This document shows positions 27,611-35,861 of a stretch of 64,000 bases of DNA, piece after piece. The DNA comes from Casimicrobiaceae bacterium (GTDB lineage: Bacteria > Pseudomonadota > Gammaproteobacteria > Burkholderiales > Casimicrobiaceae). The position numbers were made by a program, and so were the translations under genes. The stretch's first letter is position 1; each line of letters starts with the position of its first letter. The stretch lies in contig JBGAHH010000006.1 of assembly GCA_044226265.1 (NCBI GenBank), positions 6,556 to 70,555 of the forward strand, written 5' to 3'. Under the pieces are notes generated by a model. That model ran no database searches. It was given only the letters and a program-made list of their open reading frames with translations, and was not told the origin of the DNA.

Positions 27611-28570
27611 ATGGCATCGGTCGACTGGCAGGAACGGCTGGGGCGGCAGGTCAAGCTTCGCGAGCTGCGCGTGCTGCTCGCGGTCGCCGAGCAGGGGAGC
27701 TTCCGCAAGGCGGGCCGCGAGCTCCACCTCACGCAGCCCGCGGTGACGGCGGCGATCGCCGAGCTCGAGCGGACGCTGGGCGTGCGGCTGTTCGAGCGAA
27801 CCTCGCGCGGCGTCACGGCGACTGCGCACGGCGAGAGCTTCATCCGGCGCGCGAGCGCGATCTTCGGCGAGCTCGGGCGGGCCGCCGAGGACCTCGAGAT
27901 CATCTCGCGCGGCTCCCGCCAGACGCTGCGCGTCGGCGCCGGCGGCGGCGGCTGGGGGCTGGGCATCCTCCCCGCCGCGCTCGCGAAGCTGCTCGAGCCG
28001 TCCCTCGACGCCTACGTGCTGATCCGCGAGGCCGACGAGGACGTGCTGCTGGAGCTGCTCAAGGCCCGGAAGCTCGACCTCTATTTCTCGCGCCTCTCGC
28101 CGATGCGGGCCGACCCCGACCTGGCGTTCCGCCCGCTGTTCGAAGACTCGATCTGCGTCCTCGCGCGCCACACGCACCCGCTCGCGGGACGCCGAAAGGT
28201 GAGCTGGGACGCGCTGGCCGACGAGAAGTGGGTGACGCCGCAGCGGGGCGCGCTGTCGTTCGACCACATCCAGCGCACGCTGCACAAGGGCGGGCTCGCG
28301 ATGCCCCGCCACGTGATCGAGTCCGCGTCGGCGCCGGTGGCGCTCGGCATGGTCCTGCAGGCGGACTTCCTCTGCTTCGGAACCTTTCATTATCACGCGA
28401 ACACCGTGCTCAAGTCCATGCTCGCCGTCCTGAACGTCGACCTCCCCCGGATTGCCGTTCCGTTCGGCGCGGTTACGCTCCGGCATCGGGAGCCGAACCC
28501 GCTCGCGGAGCGGCTCGCGCGGATCGTGGCCGAGCTCGCCCGGTCCTCCGCCGTCGGATCGCGCGCGTGA
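27611..28570 (+). CDS. LysR-family transcriptional regulator
   Basis: N-terminal HTH LRELRVLLAVAEQGSFRKAGRELHLTQPAVTAAIAELE, followed by a substrate-binding-type domain. Confidence 0.9.
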   Translation: MASVDWQERLGRQVKLRELRVLLAVAEQGSFRKAGRELHLTQPAVTAAIAELERTLGVRLFERTSRGVTATAHGESFIRRASAIFGELGRAAEDLEIISRGSRQTLRVGAGGGGWGLGILPAALAKLLEPSLDAYVLIREADEDVLLELLKARKLDLYFSRLSPMRADPDLAFRPLFEDSICVLARHTHPLAGRRKVSWDALADEKWVTPQRGALSFDHIQRTLHKGGLAMPRHVIESASAPVALGMVLQADFLCFGTFHYHANTVLKSMLAVLNVDLPRIAVPFGAVTLRHREPNPLAERLARIVAELARSSAVGSRA

Positions 28571-28611
28571 CGCGCGTACGGCGCGCGCAGGCGCCGGAAT
28601 GCGCGGCTCGC

Positions 28612-29205
28612 ATGGAGGCTTCGATGGAATCGCTGCTGGCAACGCGCCCTTCGCACGCCGGGGTGCGCCCGAACGACGATCATCCCGGCGCGCTGCGGCT
28701 GTGGATGCGCCTGGCCGCGTGCACGACGACGATCGAGCACGCGATCCGGCGGCGCCTGCGCGATCGCTACGCGACGTCGCCCGCGCGTTTCGACCTCATG
28801 GCCGAGCTCGGACGCGCGCCTACGGGGCTCCGCATGGGCGAGGTCGCGCGCCGCCTGCGGGTTTCCGCGGGCAGCGTCACCGAGGTCGTCGCGCAACTCG
28901 CCACGGACGGATGGGTCGAGCGCACGGTCGATGCGCGCGACAGGCGCGCCGGCGTCGTGCGCCTGAGCGCGCTCGGCCACGAGGCCTTCCGGAGGATGGC
29001 CGCCGAGCACGAACGCTGGATCGTCGCGCTCGTCGACGGCATGAGCGGCGCGGACCGCGCGCGGCTGCACGCGCTGCTTGCGGCGCTCGAGACGTTGGTG
29101 ATCGGTCACGAGGCGCGGGAAGCGGACGAGGGCGAATTCCGCGCGACGGCGCAGGCGGAACGCGGTGGCCTCGAGGTCGCGATCGGCTCGATGCAGGGCC
29201 AGTAG
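28612..29205 (+). CDS. MarR-family transcriptional regulator
   Basis: Winged-helix segment FDLMAELGRAPTGLRMGEVARRLRVSAGSVTEVVAQLATDGWVERTVDARDRRAGVVRLSALG. Confidence 0.85.
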   Translation: MEASMESLLATRPSHAGVRPNDDHPGALRLWMRLAACTTTIEHAIRRRLRDRYATSPARFDLMAELGRAPTGLRMGEVARRLRVSAGSVTEVVAQLATDGWVERTVDARDRRAGVVRLSALGHEAFRRMAAEHERWIVALVDGMSGADRARLHALLAALETLVIGHEAREADEGEFRATAQAERGGLEVAIGSMQGQ

Positions 29206-29240
29206 CCGTCGCGCGATCGCCGCGTTCGCGTCGATCATAC

Positions 29241-29263
29241 GAACCCCCTCCGCTCGGGGGTTC
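29241..29263. terminator. GC-rich hairpin downstream of marR (weak terminator candidate)
   Basis: GAACCCCC-TCCGCTC-GGGGGTTC 8-bp stem with no clear T-tract. Confidence 0.35.
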
Positions 29264-29280
29264 TCATCCCTCCCTGCGCC

Positions 29281-29313
29281 AACGAAAACGGGCCCCGACG
29301 GGCCCGCTTTCGT
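29281..29313 (-). terminator. Bidirectional-looking terminator hairpin immediately 3' of tRNA-Ser
   Basis: AACGAAA-A-CGGGCCC-CGAC-GGGCCCG-C-TTTCGTT. On the minus strand the stem is followed by TTTTCGTT. Confidence 0.5.
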
Positions 29314-29401
29314 TGGCGGAGAGAGAGGGATTCGAACCCCCGATACGTTGCCGTATACCTGATTTCGAGTCAGGCGCCTTCGACCACTCGGCCATCTCTC
29401 C
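29314..29401 (-). tRNA. tRNA-Ser (anticodon CGA), CCA encoded
   Basis: The reverse complement folds as a class II tRNA. Acceptor GGAGAGA/TCTCTCC, anticodon arm CCTGA-CUCGAAA-TCAGG, long variable arm, T-arm GGGGGTTCGAATCCC. Confidence 0.95.
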
Positions 29402-29508
29402 AGCAGCCGGGGATTATACCCGTGTCGGCGCATCGGCCGGCTCGGCCGGATGCTAGACTCGCGCCGCGCCGACGTCACTCCAGACGCGACGATGAGCCCC
29501 GAGGCCGC

Positions 29509-31320
29509 ATGGACCTGCCGGCGCCGGCAAGCGCGACGCCCGGCGCGCCTTCCCCCGGCAGCATGAACACGGCCGATCCCGTCGTGCTGAAACGCGTCGC
29601 CCGGCTCGGTCTCGTCGTCGCGATCGCCTCGGGCGCCGCCATGGCTATGTTCGACGTCGCGGCGCCGCTCGAGCGGCGCCTGTCGGATGCGGGATTCGCG
29701 CTGCTGCGCGGCCTGGCCGTTCCGGACGATCGGATCGTCGTCGTCGGCATCGACGAGGCGACGGTCGGCTCGCTTCCCGAGCCCATGACGCTGTGGCACC
29801 GCCACCTCGGCGAGTTGTTGGCGGCTGCGGCGCAGGCGCGCGCGCGGATCGTCGGCCTCGACGTCGTGCTTCCCGACCGCGGTTACGCGACGATCGCTCC
29901 CGACCTCGACGCGGCGCTGGTGGACGGGATCCTGCGCATGCGACAGGTCGGCGACGTGGTGCTGGCGCTGACCGTCGACGAAGGCGGACGTCCGCGCCCG
30001 GTCCATCCGGTCTTCCTGGTCGCCGCGGGGCAGGAGGGAGCCGGTTTCGCGCTGTGGCGAGCCGACCCTGACGGTGTCGTGCGCACGTTCGACGAGCGGC
30101 TGGGTGACGGGGGGGAACCGGTTCCCACTTTCGTCGGGCAGATCGCGCGCATGCTCGGCGTCACGCCGGTCGCCGGACGCATCAACTACGCGCTGGGCGA
30201 CGGTTTCGCCGTGATTCCGCTGGGCACGGTGCTCCGGTGGGCGCGCGACGGCGACGAGCGCATGCTGGCGGACGCGCTGGGGTCACGGATCCTGCTCGTC
30301 GGGTCGGTCCTTCCCTTCGCGGATCGCACGCGTGCCCCCGTGCGTCTCGGCCAAGGTGGCGCGGCCGGGGAGGCCGAACCCGGCGTGCTCGTCCACGCGC
30401 AGGCGCTGCGCACGATCCTCGCGGGCCGCACGGTCGTGTCGTTGCCGGAAGGGCTCGCGGTGCTCCTCTCCGGACTCGCCGGACTCGCGTGGCTCGGCGG
30501 CCGGCGGCCGGCGACGGCCGTCGCGACCGTCGCCGCTGGTGGTGCGGCCGCGCTGGGCGCCGGCCTCTGGGCGCTGTCTCGGGACCTGCTCCTGCCCGTC
30601 GCGCCGGTGATCGTGACGGTCGCGCTGGCGGCGGGAGCGAGGCTCGCGTCCGAGGCGGCGGTCGCGTGGCGCGAGCGGCTGCGGCTGCGAGGCGTGTTCT
30701 CGGGCTACGTGAGCCCGCAGGTGATGGCCGAGATCGAGGCCGGCCGCCTCGAAGGGCTCGCGTGCGCGCGCCGGTTCCTCTGCGTGCTGGTGATGGACGT
30801 CCGCGGCTTCACGACGCGCGCCGAGCGGGAGCCGCCGGACCGCGTGCTGGCGCTCTTGAACGAGCTCGCCGAGCAGGCGACCGCCGCGATCCACGGCCGC
30901 GGCGGGACCGTCGACAAGTTCATGGGCGACGGCGTCCTCGCGTTCTTCGGCGCACCCTCTCCGATGGACGACCCGTGCGGCCCGGCGTTCGAGGCGGCAG
31001 TCGACGTGCTTGAGCGCGTCCGGCGGATCGGCGACACTTTCCCCGCCGCCGCGGGCGCGCCGCTCGCCGTGGGCATCGGGCTCGCGTGCGGCGAGGCGAC
31101 CGTGGGGCACGTCGGGGCGGCGTCGCGTCATTCGTACACGGCGATCGGCGATTGCGTGAACGTCGCTTCGCGCCTCGAGTCGTTGACCAAGGAGGTCGGT
31201 GTGCCGCTGGTGATGACGAAGGACGTGGCGATGCGCATCGGCGAGCGGCCCGGTCTGGTTCCGCTCGGCGTCCGGGCGATCAAGGGTCACACGTCGCTGG
31301 AGGTCGTCGGGTGGCGCTGA
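29509..31320 (+). CDS. CHASE2 sensor domain-containing class III adenylate/guanylate cyclase
   Basis: N-terminal TM. Periplasmic CHASE2-like region (RIVVVGIDEATVGSLPEPMTLWHRHLGELL...IVGLDVVLPDR). Three TM helices. Cyclase core (FLCVLVMDVRGFT, KFMGDGVLAFFGAP, GIGLACGEATVGHVG, YTAIGDCVNVASRLE). Alternative start ATG 29563. Confidence 0.85.
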   Translation: MDLPAPASATPGAPSPGSMNTADPVVLKRVARLGLVVAIASGAAMAMFDVAAPLERRLSDAGFALLRGLAVPDDRIVVVGIDEATVGSLPEPMTLWHRHLGELLAAAAQARARIVGLDVVLPDRGYATIAPDLDAALVDGILRMRQVGDVVLALTVDEGGRPRPVHPVFLVAAGQEGAGFALWRADPDGVVRTFDERLGDGGEPVPTFVGQIARMLGVTPVAGRINYALGDGFAVIPLGTVLRWARDGDERMLADALGSRILLVGSVLPFADRTRAPVRLGQGGAAGEAEPGVLVHAQALRTILAGRTVVSLPEGLAVLLSGLAGLAWLGGRRPATAVATVAAGGAAALGAGLWALSRDLLLPVAPVIVTVALAAGARLASEAAVAWRERLRLRGVFSGYVSPQVMAEIEAGRLEGLACARRFLCVLVMDVRGFTTRAEREPPDRVLALLNELAEQATAAIHGRGGTVDKFMGDGVLAFFGAPSPMDDPCGPAFEAAVDVLERVRRIGDTFPAAAGAPLAVGIGLACGEATVGHVGAASRHSYTAIGDCVNVASRLESLTKEVGVPLVMTKDVAMRIGERPGLVPLGVRAIKGHTSLEVVGWR

Positions 31321-32165
31321 AGTGGACCGAACGCATCGGCAGGCGCGCGTGGGCCGCGTCGGCGGCGCTCCTGCTCGCCGGTGCGAGCGCGCTCGCGCAA
31401 CCTGTCGCCGTCGTGACCGACGTGCAGGGAGTGGCGGCGCTCGCGGGTGCGCCGGGAGCGACCGTGGCGATGCTGCAGCAGCTCCACGCCGGCCAGGAGC
31501 TTGGCCTGGCGGCGGGCACCCGGCTCGCGCTGGCTTACTACGCGAACGGCGCCCAGTACGAACTGCGCGGGCCGGGGAACGTGTCGATCGATGCGCAGCA
31601 GCCGCATGCGGCGCAGGGCGCGACGGTTCACGCGCGCCCGGCGGCCGGACCGGCGCCCGTGCGGCTCAAGCCGGCCGGCCTCGTGCAGGGCGCGGTCGTG
31701 ATGCGCAACCTGGGGCTGCGCGTGGTCGCGCCGGACCCGCAGGTGCTGTCGACGCGTCCTGAGCTCGCGTGGACGGACTCGCGCACCGGCACCGTTTACG
31801 ACGTCGCGGTGTTCGACGCGTCCGGGGCGCGCGTGTTCGAGACGACGACGCGAGAACGTCGGTCGCAGGTGCCGGAATCGCGCTCGCTCGCCCCGGGGCA
31901 ACCGTATGCGCTGCAGGTTTCCGCGCGGATCGGACAGGACGTCGTGCAGGTGGCGCGCGCGGAGTTCCGCGTCGCGCCGGCCGAGCTCCAGGCTCAGGCG
32001 AAGGCCCTCGCCCCGGCGGCGGATGCCGCGGTGGCCGACCGGGTGGCCTATGCGCTGTGGCTCGAGCAGAACGACCTGCGCGACGAGGCGCGGCGCTGGT
32101 GGGCGGCGATCGCGCACGCGCGCCCGGACCAAGCGGCGCTGCGGCAGCGTGCGGACGTGCGCTGA
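31311..32165 (+). CDS. Exported protein with FecR-like and DUF928-like segments and a helical C-terminus (hypothetical)
   Basis: GTG at 31311 overlaps the cyclase 3' end by 10 nt. Signal peptide ending ALAQP. VTDVQGVAALAG...LHAGQELGLAAGTRLALAYYANGAQYELRGPGNVSI resembles FecR-type beta domains. PELAWTDS..YDVAVFDASG...LAPGQPYALQVSA resembles the DUF928 pattern. Domain calls are from memory only. Confidence 0.55.
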   Translation: MALKWTERIGRRAWAASAALLLAGASALAQPVAVVTDVQGVAALAGAPGATVAMLQQLHAGQELGLAAGTRLALAYYANGAQYELRGPGNVSIDAQQPHAAQGATVHARPAAGPAPVRLKPAGLVQGAVVMRNLGLRVVAPDPQVLSTRPELAWTDSRTGTVYDVAVFDASGARVFETTTRERRSQVPESRSLAPGQPYALQVSARIGQDVVQVARAEFRVAPAELQAQAKALAPAADAAVADRVAYALWLEQNDLRDEARRWWAAIAHARPDQAALRQRADVR

Positions 32166-32198
32166 TCGCGGCGTGTCGCGTTCGGACCGGCAATCCCG

Positions 32199-33932
32199 AT
32201 GAGTCGGCGCGGTCCCACGCGTCGCGAGTTCCTGCGGTTCGGCGCGGCAGCGGCGCTGCTGCCGGGGCTCGCGCCGCATCCTGCGCGAGCGGCCGCGGAT
32301 CCTTCACGGCTCGCGCTGGTCGTCGGCAATGACGCCTATCCGGACGCGCCGCTCGGCAACGCGGTGAACGACGCGAAGGCGATGGCGAAGCTCCTCGGCG
32401 AGGCCGGATTCGGCGTCGACCTGCGCACCAACGTCGACCGGGTCGCGTTCGCCGCGGCGACGACGCGCTTCGCCGAAACTGCGCAGCAAGGCGACGTCAG
32501 GCTCGTGTTCTTCTACTACGCGGGCCATGGCGCGCAGCTCGACTGGCGCAACTACCTGCTGCCGGTCGACGCGCGGGTGAATACGTCGGCCGATCTGCCT
32601 GCGCAGTGCATCGACCTCGCTTCCGTGCTGAGCGCGCTTTCGCGGGCCAAGGGGAAGACGTTCGTGATCGTTCTCGACGCGTGTCGGGACAATCCATTCG
32701 GCGGGTCGTACCGGCCCCCGGAGCGGGGGCTGTCGCAATTCGACGCTCCGCCCGGGAGCCTGCTCGCCTTCTCGACCGCGCCCGGCCGGGTTGCGGCGGA
32801 CGCGTCGGGTCCCACCGGCCAGTCCGGTCTCTACACGGAGAACCTCGTGCGCGAGCTGTCGGCCCGCGCGACGCGGCTCGAGGATGCACTGAAGCGCGTG
32901 CGCCTCGCGGTGCGCATCGCGTCGAAGGGGGCGCAGGTGCCTTGGGAGTCGACCTCGCTCGAGGGCGACGTGTTCCTGTTCCCCGCGGCGAGGAAGCTCA
33001 GCGAGGCGGAGCTCGAGGCGGAAGTCCAGCGCGACCTGGATGCGTGGAACCGGACCAAGGGATCGAAGGACACGAAGGACTGGATCGCATACCTTCGCGA
33101 GTACCCGAGCGGGCGCTTCGCCGAGATCGCGCAGTCGCGTCTCGCGTACTTCGCGGCGCGAGACGAGGCGGCGCGGGCGCCGGTGCAGGTCGCGACGGCG
33201 CCGACGCCAGCACCCGTCCCCATGTCCCCCATCCCGGTCCCGGCTGCGCCGGCGACCGTCGCCCCACCGGCGGTCGTCCTGGCGGAATGGAAGCGCCGGG
33301 AGCCGGTCCAGCTCGAGATCGCCCCAGGTCGCCCGCCTCCCGTGCTGATACGCCCGACCGCGAACCCGATGTCCGCCGGGAGCTACCCGCTCGATCGCAT
33401 TTACTCGGTGGGCGACGTCGCCGTCTTCGCGACGACCGATCCGGTCTATGGCCGTGCGCCCGGCCGCGAGGAGCACCGGGTGACGCGCGTCGATCTCGAT
33501 GAGGACACGATCGAGATCAACGAGGGGCAGATCGTGATCGACAGCATGGGCAATCCGATCAAGTGGGGGACGTTCACGTACGATCCGCGGCTCCAGATCA
33601 ACCCTGCCGAGCTCCAGATCGGGCGACGGTGGACGGTTGTCTTCCAGCGTCGGGCAGGCACCGGTCCGCCGATGGACGCGTACTACGACTACCACGTGGC
33701 GGCTCGCGAGCGCGTCGGGCTCGCGGCAGGCGAGTTCGAGGCGTTCCGGATCGACGGCGAGGGATTCAACCGCTTGGGCGCGCGCCTGGCATTCGTCGCC
33801 TGGGTCGCGCCCGGTCTCAATTTTTCGCTTCGCACCGACCTGCGGCGCTATGACGGCAGAAGTATGCGCGTGCTGGATGCGGAGGTCCGCGAGCTCGTGT
33901 CCTGCCGACAGCGGCGCTGGACGCAGGCGTGA
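32199..33932 (+). CDS. Caspase-family (peptidase C14) protein with Tat signal and uncharacterised C-terminal domain, paralog 1
   Basis: TRREFLRFGAAAALLP twin-arginine signal. C14 dyad contexts FFYYAGHGAQ (His) and FVIVLDACRDNPF (Cys). Pro/Ala linker, then about 195 aa of unassigned beta-rich sequence. Confidence 0.85.
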   Translation: MSRRGPTRREFLRFGAAAALLPGLAPHPARAAADPSRLALVVGNDAYPDAPLGNAVNDAKAMAKLLGEAGFGVDLRTNVDRVAFAAATTRFAETAQQGDVRLVFFYYAGHGAQLDWRNYLLPVDARVNTSADLPAQCIDLASVLSALSRAKGKTFVIVLDACRDNPFGGSYRPPERGLSQFDAPPGSLLAFSTAPGRVAADASGPTGQSGLYTENLVRELSARATRLEDALKRVRLAVRIASKGAQVPWESTSLEGDVFLFPAARKLSEAELEAEVQRDLDAWNRTKGSKDTKDWIAYLREYPSGRFAEIAQSRLAYFAARDEAARAPVQVATAPTPAPVPMSPIPVPAAPATVAPPAVVLAEWKRREPVQLEIAPGRPPPVLIRPTANPMSAGSYPLDRIYSVGDVAVFATTDPVYGRAPGREEHRVTRVDLDEDTIEINEGQIVIDSMGNPIKWGTFTYDPRLQINPAELQIGRRWTVVFQRRAGTGPPMDAYYDYHVAARERVGLAAGEFEAFRIDGEGFNRLGARLAFVAWVAPGLNFSLRTDLRRYDGRSMRVLDAEVRELVSCRQRRWTQA

Positions 33933-34066
33933 GGGCGCATCGCGTGCCGGAACCCCGAATCCGGTGCCCGTGGCGGAGCTCCGTTTGCGGGTCGCATGCA
34001 GGCAATCCGGATGGACGCAGGCGCGACGGAGTCGACCCGATGGCCATGATGAACGTCTGCCGTCTC

Positions 34067-34123
34067 ATGCGTCGCGATTTCCTGCGGTTCAGCGTGGCCG
34101 CCGAGCTGGCCCCGGACCCGTGA
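34067..34123 (+). pseudogene. Orphan Tat-signal-coding relic upstream of caspase paralog 2
   Basis: ATGCGTCGCGATTTCCTGCGGTTCAGCG nearly repeats ACGCGTCGCGAGTTCCTGCGGTTCGGCG of paralog 1 (32217 onward). It is out of frame with paralog 2 and ends at a TGA overlapping its GTG start. Confidence 0.4.
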
Positions 34124-35844
34124 ACGGCTCTCGTCCCACGCGACGCGAGTTCCTGCAACTTGGCGCGGCGGTCGTGCTGGCACCAGGGGTCGCGCTGCCG
34201 GCCGGTGCGGCAGCGGATCCTTCGAGGGTCGCGCTGGTCGTCGGCAACGACGCCTATCCGGACGCGCCGCTCGGCAACGCGGTGAACGACGCAAAGGCCA
34301 TGGGGGCCCTGCTCGAGCAGGCAGGGTTCGGCGTCGATCTGCGCACGAACGTCGACCGCGCGACGATGCTCGACGCGACGAAACGTTTCGCCGAGGCGGC
34401 GCGTGGCGGCGACGCGAAGCTGGTGTTCTTTTACTACGCCGGGCACGGGGCGCAGCTCGACTGGCGCAACTACCTGCTGCCGGTCGACGCGAAGGTCAAC
34501 ACCGCCGCGGACCTGGCGGCGCAGTGCCTCGATCTCGCGTCGATGCTGAGCGAGTTGCCACGCGCGAAGGGGAAGACCTTCGTGATCGTGCTCGACGCGT
34601 GCCGCGACAATCCGTTCGGCAGCGCCTACCGGCCGCCGCAGAAGGGGCTGTCGCAGTTCGACGCCCCGCCCGGGAGTCTGATCGCGTTCTCGACGGCGCC
34701 GGGGAGCGTGGCGGCGGATCTCGCCGTCGGCGGGGGAAGGTCGGGGTTGTACGCGGAGCACCTGGTGCGGGAGCTCGGCGTGCCGGCGACGCGCCTGGAG
34801 GATGCGCTGAAGCGCGTGCGCCTGGCGGTCCGCATTGCGTCGAACGGGACGCAGGTGCCGTGGGAGTCGACGTCGCTCGAAAGCGACGTGTTTCTTTTTC
34901 CGCAGGCCCGAAGACTGTCCGAAGCGGAGCTGGAGGCGCAGATCCGCCGTGAGCTGGAGGCGTGGGACCGGGTGAAGGGATCGAAGGAGACGGCGGACTG
35001 GGCCGCGTTCGCGCGCGAGTATCCGAGCGGACGATTCTCGGAGATCGCGCAGGCGCGGCTCGCGTACTTCGCGGCTCGCGACGAGGCGGCGCGCGCGCCG
35101 GTGCTGGTGGCCGCCGCGCCGGTGCCGACGCCGCCTGCCGCATCGCCGGCGTCCCCGGCTCAGGACGCGACGCAGGCCGCGTCCACCGCCACACAGGCGG
35201 ACACGCGCCCGCGCGAGGCGCAGCTCGTCGTGGCGCCGGGTCGCGACTTCCCGCTGCTGATGCGCCCGACCGGGAACCCGAACTCAGCGGGGACCTACGG
35301 GATCGGCCGCGAGTACTCGGTCGGGGACGAGGTGGTTTACCTGCAGTCGGACCCGGTCTACGGTGGCGCGACGAAGACGCTGACCTGGCGCATCACGAAG
35401 GTCGACTTCGACGCCGATCGCATCGAGCTCAACGACGGCTTCATCGTGCTCGACAGCATGGGCAACCCGCTCGTGTGGGACGGCGCTACCTACGGTCCGC
35501 GCTTCCAGGCCGTGCCCACGGAGGTCCAGCTCGGCAGGCGGTGGACGACGAATTTCGTCTTCTCGCGCGGGGCCGAGAGCAGCGACTCTTACTACGACTA
35601 CGTCGTCGCGGCGCGCGAGCGCGTCAAGCTTCCGTTCGGCGAGGTCGAGGCGTTCCGCATCGACGGCGAGGGCTTCAACCGGCGCTACGGCACGCGGTTG
35701 TCGATCCGGCATTGGCTCGTGCCCGGCGTCAACTTCTCGCTGCGCACGGACAACAGGCGCTACGACGGACGGAGCATGCGAGTGCAATACGCGGAACTTC
35801 GCGAGATGGTCTCCTGCCGCCAGATGAAGTGGAGGCAGGCGTGA
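34120..35844 (+). CDS. Caspase-family (peptidase C14) protein with Tat signal and uncharacterised C-terminal domain, paralog 2
   Basis: GTG start (VNGSRPTRREFLQLGAAVVLAP). Same dyad contexts as paralog 1 and the same C-terminal module, ending VSCRQMKWRQA. Confidence 0.85.
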   Translation: MNGSRPTRREFLQLGAAVVLAPGVALPAGAAADPSRVALVVGNDAYPDAPLGNAVNDAKAMGALLEQAGFGVDLRTNVDRATMLDATKRFAEAARGGDAKLVFFYYAGHGAQLDWRNYLLPVDAKVNTAADLAAQCLDLASMLSELPRAKGKTFVIVLDACRDNPFGSAYRPPQKGLSQFDAPPGSLIAFSTAPGSVAADLAVGGGRSGLYAEHLVRELGVPATRLEDALKRVRLAVRIASNGTQVPWESTSLESDVFLFPQARRLSEAELEAQIRRELEAWDRVKGSKETADWAAFAREYPSGRFSEIAQARLAYFAARDEAARAPVLVAAAPVPTPPAASPASPAQDATQAASTATQADTRPREAQLVVAPGRDFPLLMRPTGNPNSAGTYGIGREYSVGDEVVYLQSDPVYGGATKTLTWRITKVDFDADRIELNDGFIVLDSMGNPLVWDGATYGPRFQAVPTEVQLGRRWTTNFVFSRGAESSDSYYDYVVAARERVKLPFGEVEAFRIDGEGFNRRYGTRLSIRHWLVPGVNFSLRTDNRRYDGRSMRVQYAELREMVSCRQMKWRQA

Positions 35845-35861
35845 TCACCGTGCCGGCCGGA

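Noticed and set aside
29241-29401. tRNA-Ser as integration site (att) for the caspase/cyclase block
   Set aside because: - The accessory genes lie on the 5' (promoter) side of the tRNA, not at its 3' end.
- No integrase is present.
- The only tRNA-like direct repeat I found is a 9-nt CGAACCCCC match at 29240-29248, too short to call.
33929-34123. 64-aa ORF between the two caspase genes
   Set aside because: Apart from a Tat-signal-like stretch copied from paralog 1, it has no coding features. It is out of frame with paralog 2 and is better explained as a duplication relic.
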